From positions 15,810,001 through 15,874,000 of the forward strand of contig OZ059896.1 in the NCBI GenBank assembly GCA_964057225.1: a stretch of 64,000 bases of DNA. Reading direction: 5' to 3'. The position numbers and the translations under genes were made by a program. The notes beneath the pieces were generated by a model. The model had not been told where the DNA came from. It saw only the letters and a list, made by a program, of their open reading frames with translations, and ran no database searches. This document shows, in pieces, positions 23,507 to 35,152 of this stretch. The stretch comes from Auanema rhodensis (taxonomy: Eukaryota > Animalia > Nematoda). Position 1 is the first letter of the stretch, and every line of letters begins with the position of its first letter.

Positions 23507-25323
23507 ATGGAAGAAGTTGCACCGTCTACCACAGCAGAGGTGGTAGACGTTCAATCGAACGAAAGTACAACTCCTGTGACTGGTTCTGAAACTCCGAATA
23601 TTGCCGCAGTTGAGAAGCAAGTAAAAGAAAGCTTAACCCTATCCGATGAGCAAGAAAATAAAGTAGAAAATAATGTTAAATAGCTCTATTTATTAATTTA
23701 TATTAGACTGACGATGCTACCCAGATGTCTAACATCCAGCAGCAAATAATGGAGATGTTTTTAGCGGAAGAAAAGAAATTATCAATAACAGATTATATTA
23801 AGAGTTTTTTTGTACGTTTAAGCTATTCCTAGAATTTTTTTGATTGAAATTTTCAGGATATACGAAATGCTCAGGATGCTCTACGAACGGAAACTAAGTA
23901 TTCTTCATTATCAGCTTGTAATCCCCTATATTTCGGTCGAAACCGTTATCGAGATATTTTGCCTTGTGAGTCACACCAATTGATTTTTTCACCTACGTTG
24001 AATATTCTAGATGATTATAACAGAGTTGTTTTATCCTCAACTGAGACAAATCCAGATGGCTATATGAATGCATCTCATATTAGTTTAGAAGGTGGAAAGA
24101 CTAAGTTTATTGCTGCTCAAGCTCCATTACCCACAACTCTTGAAGAATGGTGAGTTGTTTCCTATAATCCTTCCTTAAAATGTAGATTTACAGGTGGCAA
24201 ATGATTGATGAACAGAAAGTTACTGTTATTCTCATGTTATGCAAACTTTATGAAATGAGCAAGGTTAGTTGTGAAATATTTGTTAAATATGTTTATAGTT
24301 TTACCTCTATATCACTTGTTATTTAATTTTAATTAGTTGAAAACTGTATTGGAGTTTGTTTAGATTAAATGTGAACGATATTGGCCTGAGGGGAAAGGAT
24401 CTAAAGAAATTTTTGGTGATTATGAAATAACCTTTGAAGATGAGGAAAAGTCTGTTTAGCGTTTTGACATTTATGTGTTATAAGCTTTTTTTCAGGTTTG
24501 ATGCTGATGATGACTACATCTTGAGAATATTTACAATGGAAAATCAAAGTAATGGTGAAAAAAGAACAATTAAACAATTGCATTATAGGTTGGTAACATT
24601 ACTGTTATATGTATACATGTTTTGATTCAAATATGAGTATATGTTTAGGGAATGGCCTGATCATGGTTGTCCTGCAGGTGAAACCCAATTGCTTAATATG
24701 ATTAAGAAGATGGCAGAAATACAACCAAATCATGATCATCCTGTACTGGTTCATTGCAGGTTTGTTTTTTGCTTTCAAGCTCTAAATAAATATTTTTTAT
24801 TTTAGTGCTGGAGTTGGCAGAACGGGTACCATTATTGCTGTTAACTATATTAGAGAATTGCTTGAACAAAATGCTCTCACTTCTCTCGATATTTTTGAAT
24901 TAGTTATGAGCCTACGTAAACAACGAGCTAGCATGGTTCAAACACAGGTTTGATCGCGTATCATACTTCAATTATATTTTTCTTCTAGGATCAGTATCAT
25001 TTCGTTCATAAATGCGTTACTAGATTCTGTCGTGAGCAATTGGGATTGCCTGAACCTGATCCGCCGGTGTTGAAGGTATGCAATCATTCAATATTCTGAT
25101 ATAATAGTTTTTAATCTAGTGTGCTCCTGTACAAGCATATGTGACTCCTGCTGCACCTGTACAAACCAGAGAAGAAAGTAGCGATGCTGACTCTAGCGAC
25201 GACACAGAAGTGCCGGGTTTGAATAACTTTGAAACCCTTATATGTATTTATTATCTTTTAGATTTTCCGCACGAGCCGCCTGCTCCAAGAGGTCCAGAAG
25301 AACTGGGCAGCGCGGCAAGCTAA
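23507..25323 (+). CDS. Non-receptor classical protein tyrosine phosphatase, PTPN12/18/22-like (possible alternative first exons at 22486 and 23230)
   Basis: Motifs RNRYRDILPYDYNRV, YMNAS, FIAAQAPLPTT, KCERYWP, WPDHG, VHCSAGVGRTG and MVQTQDQY are all intact, so the enzyme should be catalytically competent. An acidic/proline-rich tail ends EPPAPRGPEELGSAAS*. The subfamily call is an inference. Confidence 0.92.
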
Positions 25324-27245
25324 AAGTATGAGGATTTAATTGAGATCTTAATGTATTTATGTCATTTTTTCAGTTTAACTTCAAACGATCCAGTCTGAAA
25401 CAGGTCAATCAACTATCCAGTACTCTGGCGTCGAATAGTAGCATGTGGTCTGTTATAAAGAATTGCAAGATTATGGATGTTGTGTCTACTATGTTCAGTA
25501 AGTGATATCCTCTTGTGATTTTTTTCGGCTAATTTTTTATTGTTAATTTTCTATACTCTTTTTATTATTCTTTTATTTTCGGTTTATATCATTATGGTTT
25601 TTCCTATATCTTTTTCAAACAGGGAATTATTAGGAAACGGAATATATCTGTTAGCTTTCCTATTTACATGAGAAGATTCAACATTCCCCAACGTGTTGGC
25701 TCTCGATCATATCTCGTTCTAATTGCTTATCCCGTGTCTTCAACGAATTTTTTGCAAGGGTGGGGGAACCAAGTGAAACTGTCCGCCTAGTCTAATTTTG
25801 ATTTTTTATAACTTGAGAAATATTACATTTCCCTAATTTTACATTTTGTTCACAGCACTTCCGGCTTACAAAATTTTATAGTAGGAGAACTTGTCATTTC
25901 AATTTTCACTTTTGCAAAACATCTGATATCTGAAAATAGCTATTCTGTAACGAATCAACTAAATGTTAATACCCATTTTGCCTTCTAGGTGTAATCTTGA
26001 TATACGTGTCATTCAGTGTTCAAAATGTGGTGTTCATATACATTTTTTGAAATAGCCTAACAAGTTTTCGCAAAGGTAGATTAAGCTGTTTGTTTTTCAG
26101 TTAGGTTCTAAATAATCGGTTACAGCTATTTTGATATTAACTTAAGATTTCCTTCCTCAAGTTATATTGAGCTTCAATTTTACTCTTAGGTTCGAGCGAA
26201 ATTTCATTTCACTTCATTATTTTTTGAAATCATATTTTGTAAGGTGATCTTGAATGCCTTCCGGTAGATATAGTTTAATCAGATTCGTCAAGCCTATGTT
26301 TGTGTGGCCTTATCTGTTATCCTTTTTTGAAACTTGACCATGTTGTTCAAGTCTTGTAGCAATCATTTCAAGTTATATTCAGTTTTTTATAACTATTGTT
26401 TTTGTTTTTTATTTATCCTCTCTGTCTCGCAAAGTATTGTAGCTTTAAAGTTGCGCATTTCCCTTTATCTGTGATGAGCCTTATTTGTCAAGGACTCCTT
26501 GCCCTATTTGCGACAAGCGAAATAAAATCTTGTGCCCTAACGTTTTTTTTAGTTTTGGTTTGTAATACTTTACAGATAATCTCAGTTTCGCAAGACTGTC
26601 CGGATTCGAAACTGCTTTCGTTCGCTTACCTTTGCTTTTGCCGTCATCTACCATCCGGAACTCCTTGAGAGGAATTTTCTCTGTCCTCTCATGGGTTTTT
26701 ATACACATATATATATAGTCTCCTATCTTTTGCTCATGTAAACGTGATTGTCGAAGAAGAATTATAAGAAGACGAAAATGCCAGAACCAGCCGGAAGAGC
26801 CACTGTTTGTTTTCCGGCTTAACCGGTCCAGCCTAAACCTCACGCTTTAGAGTCCGCTTGCTTACTGAAGAAGGAGGAGCAGCTTCTCACAGTAGAACAT
26901 CATCATCGGTCCATGGCACTATGCTCTTTCATTTCTGGTTCGTTTACAATGTTCCAGAGTCTATACACTGACATAGCTCCGTTTTCATAAAGTTCATTGG
27001 GAATTTTAATTCGGCTTAAGTTGTCATACTTAAGCCGACCGAAATCAGTTACATCAACTTCTTATTCAAATTATTCTTACTAGTTTTTTGCTTAAAATTC
27101 TGTCTTGTCGTTTTTTTTATTAAAAAATTTGAATGGTGAACCGTCTGGGCTCGAATATAAACTCTTGATCTGACTTGTTATGAGCTATTCATAACTTTCT
27201 TTTCTATTCTCTATAATATTCACTGCATTTGATAATTTTAGAAAA

Positions 27246-28087
27246 ATGTTTCGTAGCACGCTCTTAATCGTCCTCGGGCTTATTTCCGTTTCAACAGCAA
27301 TCAGATGCTTTTTTGGTCAACAAACTATTGGAAAGCAAATCATACCCTCATCTAATCAACCTTATCAAGAAAGTAAGTGCTTGTACTTGAGTTTCAGATG
27401 AAAATTTGCTTTTAGTGAACTGTCCTACATCTGATTTTTGTTTCCAAAGCTACGTGAGCCGCAACACGAATGGAGATAATAGTCATACCGTCACTAAAAG
27501 TTGTGGTGAACCAGGAAAATGCTTTGTGAGTAACTTGTCCTTGTTCTTTGTAACTTGTTAGCAAGGGGGTCATAGATATTTCGTATTGGAAATATCTTGA
27601 AATTTAATATCTACTCAGTTATTTTATATATATATCAAAGGTTTCTCGAAGAAAAATTTTTGACAAACAATCATATTTACTTAGCAATCTCAGGACGTAG
27701 CTCTTAAAGAGATCAACATGCTCACGTGTTGCTATTTACTTTTTGTTTGAGATTATGGAATATATTGAATTGATGATTTAAGTCAGAAGAAATCAATTTC
27801 ATCAGTTCGTTAACTATATCGTCGTATTGTTCAGAATACAAGTCGCTTCTGTAATCTTTCGTTATTGTCATTTTCGACTTTCGGAACAGCGCATAATCGG
27901 ATTAACGCTTCCGCTTCTCTCTCCTACTGTTTGTTCGGTTGTAATTTTGGCAAAATTTCAGGAGACAGGATGTGAGGGACCTGGTCATGCCAAGCGATGT
28001 TGCTGTGCAGGAGATTTGTGCAACTCCAGCAACGGTCTGAATCTTTCAATTGTCGGAGCTTTATTGGTTCTCTACAGATTTTTATAG
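27246..28087 (+). CDS. Small Ly6/uPAR (three-finger)-like, probably GPI-anchored protein; 3 exons
   Basis: Signal peptide MFRSTLLIVLGLISVSTA, then IRCFFG...CPTSDFCFQSY...VTKSCGEPGKCFETGCEGPGHAKRCCCAGDLCN (10 Cys, terminal CN), then a hydrophobic tail SSNGLNLSIVGALLVLYRFL*. Confidence 0.82.
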
Positions 28088-28643
28088 AAAATTGGATTAG
28101 CATCGTGAAGCCGTTAATGTTTATGTATATTTCACGCTCTAACTGTCTTCCTAGTTGCCTTTTTAATTATGAATCTAATTACCATTGACAAGAGAAATGG
28201 TCTTCTTTGGAAAAAGCAAACTCAAAGCCAGTTCCTAGGAATGCTCTTTCCTTTCTATATATCTTACGATGATTGTTTTTATCTTTGTTTATACGACACT
28301 TGTGCAAAAATGATATTCTTATGCCGAAAAATTGCTCACAAATCTGTAGATTTTAATATTTTTATTCATGTCCTGTAAAATAAAGGAACAGGAATTTCTC
28401 AGATAACAAACTATTTAAAGCATTATTCAAGGTCATACAACTAGCGAGATACAATTTAGGAACAAGTAAATATGTATTTGAAGTATGATCCAAGGCATGT
28501 CATGGACAGCTTTTAAGAACAAGTGAGAAAAAGGAGAATAAAATTCTAACTTTGAAAGCTAAAACGTAACAGAAGCACTATACTGGCTACGAATTTGTGC
28601 TTCGAAAAATTACATGATTAGAAAATTGCGAGATTATATCAAC

Positions 28644-29475
28644 TTATGATGTAAAATCTTTAGTGACTAACCGAGTCAAAATATGATCAGATAGAGATTC
28701 CTCTTTGTATTGGAGATTTCCAATTTGATAAACCTAAACGACTGACGATGAAGATGAAATAGTGATATGAGAAACAACCTTTTTTATTATAGTCAAATTT
28801 GCAATAGATGGAAGGAGATCGAGATTCTGAGGTGTTCCTTCAATTTTTTCAGCAATTGCCTTCAAAATAAATACGATTAGAAATTCCTTGTAAGCAAACG
28901 CACCTTCATTTTATGTCCATCTTTGTCATCGAAAACGCAAACTATTATGTTTTCACTATTTTCAGCAATGCCAAAAGTAACCAAGGAGTCCGATATCTTT
29001 AATCAAATATATCAATAAACTCTTGATAATATGCTTATAAAATTTAAAAATAACTTACATTCCTACTGGGACTTAAACTATAAATCATTTCGGCAGATAA
29101 GCTTCGCGTTGAAAGCCGATTATGAGCCAGTTGATGTACAGCTCGATTAGCAGCAGCTAATAAGATAAACGGTTCCAAAACCTGGAAACAACGGTTATAA
29201 AGATTAAATACAACACAGGTTAATCACCAATTCAGCTCTAATCATAGCAGCATCGATTTTTCCTTCTTTTAGTTGTACACGGAGCAGTGGCTGAAATTGC
29301 AATATAATTTTATTACTGATATAAGCTAAAACTGCTAAGTATTGAAAAGATGATAAAAGGAAAAACTTACAGCATTTTTTACATTTGTGAAAAGACACAC
29401 TCGAAGAGGCTTCTTCTGAGTGACATCATAAGGATCGGGTTGAAGTTCATAAAGCCGAGAAAGTCCAGGTGACAT
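28644..29475 (-). CDS. TPRKB: EKC/KEOPS complex subunit CGI-121/TPRKB; 6 coding exons
   Basis: Spliced protein MSPGLSRLYELQPDPYD...VCLFTNVKNAPLLRVQLKEGKIDAAMIRAELVLEPFILLAAANRAVHQLAHNRLSTRSLSAEMIYSLSPSRNISDSLVTFGI...ILTRLVTKDFTS*. The TRSL..E.IYSLSP..NIS..L..FGI motif is characteristic of CGI-121. Confidence 0.9.
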
Positions 29476-32400
29476 TCTTTTCTGGCGCCTGCAAAAACGA
29501 CAAGTTTGATTTTACAAGCTAATATTTATGACTGATGCTTATTTCATATAAAACGATAAATCGCTTCTTCAAACTGAAGTGTCTCAGCGAGATACACATA
29601 TAAACCATTCAGGCACAAGTAAACGGGATTTTGAACAAAGAAAATTAATTAGTTTGCGTTTATAAATAAAGAAATAACTTACATGCAAAATTTCATATTA
29701 ACTAGAATTTATAGCGGATAAAATTTTCAAGAATTGGAATCGATGGATTAAATAAGACTGAGGGTAGCCTATTTAACAAGGTCACGAAGTTGCCAAGGAA
29801 AGAAATGCTACAAAGCTTAGAAGGCACTCATCTCAGTGTTATGGTAATTTAATTTGCAACAAGAAGTTTATTTTTATAGAATTTGACGCAGATCAGCAAT
29901 GCAACACTTGAATCAAGAAAATACTCAGTTCAAATACAATTCAAAAAATGCATTTAGCGTGACAAAATGAAGAAAAAAGCCTACCATTTTCTTGGCAGAA
30001 GAGACATTTCGATTTAAGCAACAGAAATATTGAAGATATGTATGTTACAGAGTTTGAGAAGTATTTTATGGTCGTATTACACCATTCTGGCCGTAAAATG
30101 AGATAATGAATTTCTTTATAAGGGTAGCAGACAGCTTCGCAAAATGAAAATATAAACTTTGAACAAAATCATGTAAGACTCGAAATAAAAAAAAGAAAAT
30201 AGAATAGAATTATAAGAATAACAAAACCAAGTCACGAGATATTATTTTTGTTTTTTTCGGCAAAAAGCATGAAAAAAAATATGGTCGTAGTTGACGGTGA
30301 AGTTTGTATTTCCCATAAAAGCATAGAGCCTATTCTTCATCATAAGCTGTGGGTTGTTTTGACATTGTTTAAACATGTTTTTTCTCATAATATATATTTT
30401 ATTTTATTAGAAATGGAAGGAAAACGTGTCAATTGATTATATGATTATGTTTGATAAGTATTTTTAAAATTATTCTAGCGATAAGGTGAAGTAACGGTAA
30501 AGTGATATAGTAAAACAAACTTACTTTATACCCATGTTTTCTTGAGAATGCTATTAGTCGCAACAAATTCTACTCGGATTCAGAGACAAATGATTTCTTT
30601 TGAGAGGACTAGCGAAACAGCAGTAGTAGTTGTAAGAGGAGGGATACGGGAAACAACAGAAGGCAAAAAATAGTGGCAACTTCTTAGTAAAAAAAGTATA
30701 TTGAACAATATCTCATCTTGGGTTTATTTATTTTCGTAACTATATCAGTCGGGACGTTTGCTCAGATAGACTTATCATTACTAACAAATGTTGTTACTCG
30801 ATGATGGATTGATGCTGTGACGGGTTTAATAGTTTTATCAGGTTTCTATATTTGTTTGACAACTTTCTTCGAGAAATCATTGTCTCGCCCGATCTGTTCT
30901 ATTTCAACTAATATTTCTCAAAGTTCTTTGAAATGTGACAATTTCACGTTTATAACTAACAGTCAAAATATAGAAAGTTTCACTTTCAATGATGAAATAT
31001 AATAGAAGCGTTGTGCTTATGCGATATATTGCGTTATGAAATATAGACAAACCTTTTGTATAGCATATTATTATTATGTAGATTTCAATGTATCGATAGT
31101 GCTCTTTATCATGATGTAAAGTTATAAAGTCTTTAAATCTTCCGCAGTATCGAAGTTTCTAGTTGCACGCAAATCTGAAAATATTTGAATGTGATCATCA
31201 TATGTGAGTCAAATATTTCAAACAAAATAAAGCAATAGAAAAAATGTTTTATATTGATAATGTTTTTCAATGATAATAAAATATAAGCTGCATTGGGGGC
31301 CACATTTTCAGAAAATGTTGGTTGAGGAGGTTTGTGCGTTTTCACGGATCATTAGTTACAAGGCATAAAGACTAGCCGCTTAACATAGACTAGAGCTGTG
31401 GAAGCTGGTAGCACAGGTTCTTATGAATGACGGAAAGTATGCAATGAATAACAGTGTTGCAGGTATCAATAAATAAGCGTCAAAAGCTTTATATTTCTTG
31501 ATAACTTCTTAACTATCGGATAAAGAAAGCTCAAATGATTCTAGGCTTCAAGCATTATTAGGTATTATATTTATATTATTTTCCAAATATGAGAAATAAT
31601 ATATTCTTAAAGAATATTCAAGACGATTGATAGCTTGTTCTAGCATGTAATGTCTAAATCTATTAACATTTCTGAGTTAAAGAATATGTAGACGAATCAT
31701 GTAATGACAGATGGCCAATCGTCGTGTCAAAATTTGCTCATTTCTGTCATTCTCGCAGATTCTGATTCAACAGTTTCTGTCTATTCCTCTCTGATTGCAA
31801 TGACATTTCTTACATATGTAGAATGTCATCGTCAAGCTTGTTCTTGGCAACAGAAAGGCAAGCCGTGCTGGCAACATAGCTGTGACCTAATTCTTCAATT
31901 ATGGAAATTATTATTGTCCACCCTCAGCCTCCTAACATAGAGTAAGAGAGAGGGATAGCTAGAAAGAGTAACAGCTAGCATATGACTCGCATTACCATTC
32001 TGCCAGGCTTATTTGTATCTTAATAATAACGTGAAAATGAGCATATATTAGAATTCATTTCATCGATTATCACGTGAACATCAACTATTCTACTCATTTA
32101 TATATTCGAGATTTCGTGAAGCGGTTGCATTTGATTGCAGCGTTAACTGCTATAACAAGTCGACTGGTTGAACTGAATTTCATTAAGGTAACATGTAAAA
32201 ATTGTTTATGACATTCTATGCGATGTGTAGAGGAAGAAGGACGAATAACGAGAAATAGAGGATAAGAGTATAATGCTCACATAGATAACAATGTCATAAA
32301 AAAGGAAGGCAAAGGATATTTTTAAGTAAATTTCAAACCAAAAGATTAAGATATTAAAGGTTTAAGTGTGAATTAAGGAATTGAAATATAGTCGAATGCA

Positions 32401-33406
32401 AGGATTGTAGTTGATTAAAACCGGAAACAACCTTAACGTCATTCATATATTATGAACTGTTACTTAAATCTTGTTTATCATAAAAACAATTTCGAACGAA
32501 TTTGAAAAAATACATTTATAAGGCGTTGGGAAGTAAGTTGGTTTTACTTTTTCGATGCTGAATGTTTAGAACAACACTGTCAATCAGACATCGGAAATTG
32601 AAGAAAGCTTTTCCGAGTATGTTGGACGAGCTATTAACCTAGCGTCAACAGTAGGGTTAAGATATATCTGAAGAAAGCTGTCTCATGTGAACAAAAACAG
32701 AATACTAGGCTTGTGAAAACGATTTTTCTTCCAAATCATTGAACTTTCTGTTCCAAACAGATGAAGCCAAAAAAAAAAGAACAAACCCAAGCCAGATGTG
32801 AACAGGAGAGAGTAGAAAACAAGCAAAGAACATTGAATTCAAAAGTAATAATTGTAACGAGATAATCAGGATGATAGTAAAAGGAAGCAGTAAAACAAAG
32901 TCATTCGACAATTTTCCAATACAGATGGTTTTTTTGCAACATTGTGAATGAGCGTTTGCAAAACTACATCTGACTGCAGTAAGTATTATGGTGCCAAACG
33001 AAAAATATGAGGTTTCAAGACCACAAAGGGTTAGAAAGATATTAATTTAAATGTCGCAAATCTGGCAGCAAATCTTTAATAGAAACATGTCTTTAGGTGA
33101 AGGCATAGAGAAGTTAAATAGGAAGACAGATGAGCAACCGTAGACGGAAGATATCTGATGCTTTCAGTTCTGCACGACTAACCATAGCAATCAGCAGTCA
33201 GGAATACATGGCGGGACGTTGACGAGATGCGGAGAATGGGAGGGCGTAGTAGCTGGTACTAATCCTATGCCGGTGGCGATGGTCATGCTCTCTTCTCTCC
33301 TTCCCTAATTCTTTCTCCCTTCCTATCATTCCTATTATTCCCTCACTTGTATCTCTTGCTCTCCCTCCTATTTTCTTGCTCTTCCTCTTATGTTAGAAGG
33401 GAAGAA

Positions 33407-33462
<56 letters not shown>

Positions 33463-33471
33463 AGAGAGAGA
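33407..33471. repeat. (GA)n microsatellite
   Basis: Directly visible. Confidence 0.97.
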
Positions 33472-35024
33472 CTAAAGAGTTGTTGGTATGTAAATCAGTT
33501 TATTCTCTTGTTCCTTTCTCTCCTGTTCATAAAAGCAAATTGCACATCTATGGTTCCGAAAGCATTGATAGCAGACACAGACAGCGTTGCAATCTATTGA
33601 AGTTTCTTCCCGAACATAAACATTCATCGTTAATTTCGTTCCTATTCACACTTTTCTTCAAATTTTAAGCTCATCTGTGGAACATTAGACATGCAGCCTT
33701 GACACATAGATGATTAGGTAGAAATCGGTGAACCATATGGAGAAGTGAAAAGCATGGAAACAATATAAGACAAACCCGACACCCTAAAGACTAATTTGGT
33801 TATATGTAGCTGACCGACGCGAGACCCGGATCATTAGTCATGTATGTATGAAGAATTTTATAGGATTTCTGATGACTTTTTCGAGACGTTTGTGAGCATC
33901 ACAGTAGTTTACTCACAGAAAAAGGTTTCGCAAAATTTTAAAAAGATGTGACAATATACATACAGTATATGTTGTTCTAGATTATATATTAAAATAAAAA
34001 ACTCAATGAACTCATGTCAATGAACTTAAACAGCTGAAGTTGTTCACTCACTCAAATATAAACCTAATAAAGAAAAAAACCATCTTACCAAAGCTTAAAC
34101 AAATTTTAAGCTTTTTTTTATATTTTGGAGGAACCATGTGGTCATAAGCTCTTAGTAATTAGCTGCGGGAGTAGAACGACTGGAAGTGAGTAAGAGGCAT
34201 GGCGAGAACAAGACGAAGAAATTACTCCTCTTGTTGTTGTGATGAGAAGAAGACATAAGAGCAATCCTTCGTAACCAATCTGACTCTTGGCTCTGTGCTT
34301 CAGAATATACAATGAGGTTTCGGCTCGTTCTCGGACAGTACGTTGCATTTTCAATTTCACAATACATAAGAACATCTAATAAAATTTCGTTTATTATAGA
34401 AAATATAGCTAGACTTAATAACGCTTATTTCGGGTTGACACGATGGTGGCATCAGTATAATGAGGCTGCCATGTATGACAATGGCTAGTATCATATACGG
34501 GTCCAAGTAGCATGCTCTTAAAGCATTTCAAGCGTTAGCAACAAACAAACAAAAAAAACATTTGATAGATCATGTACGTGAATACTGAAATACACAAAAT
34601 GATCGCAAACTGATGACGAAGTGCTGGAGTTATATACTTGAGGAATGAAACAGTTGAAAATCCTGAACAAGTTGTCCAGAATAGCAAGGCCAAAGCGTAT
34701 GAAAAGTGAAAAAAATAGATTTTTGGATAGAGGTAGAAGATGTATATATATATACATATATATGAATAAATATAACTATAGGTATCAACTATGCGGGACT
34801 CTAGTTCAACTGATGCAGATGATCGACGGTGTGGCGATGAAACCAGGCAATATCCACTTTTAAAGGACATATGTTTAATTTTCATGAGAATTGATTAGAA
34901 AAACTAAACATTGATAATAAACCTATTTTCTTAACCATTAGCCATCTCAGCTGAAAATTTAAACAAGCATGTACAACATCACATTGTTGAAAACCCCAAT
35001 TTTTAACAATTATTAGCTCTAAAA

Positions 35025-35033
35025 TGAGAGAGT

Positions 35034-35082
<49 letters not shown>
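35025..35082. repeat. (GA)n microsatellite, read as CU in the probable paqr-1 3' UTR
   Basis: Directly visible, 70 bp past the paqr-1 stop codon. Confidence 0.95.
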
Positions 35083-35085
<3 letters not shown>

Positions 35086-35152
35086 CTGTTTAACTTTGAA
35101 GCGAATTACAGCAAGCAGATATAGAATTTTCAAAAATACAAATATGATACAA

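Noticed and set aside
26830-26841. GCCTAAACCT as a telomerase RNA template
   Set aside because: It contains only one TTAGGC unit, and no pseudoknot or H box could be identified.
31856-31882. AGGCAAG...TGCTGGCA..ATAGCTG resembling miR-31/miR-72
   Set aside because: The match needs several insertions and there is no complementary arm to form a precursor.
32113-32123. TTCGTGAAGCG matching the U6 snRNA 3' region
   Set aside because: Only 11 nt match, with no ACAGAGA box or remainder of U6 nearby.
25397-34653. CTGTTTCA piRNA (Ruby) motifs
   Set aside because: Only a few scattered hits occur in the window, one of them a splice acceptor, so there is no cluster.
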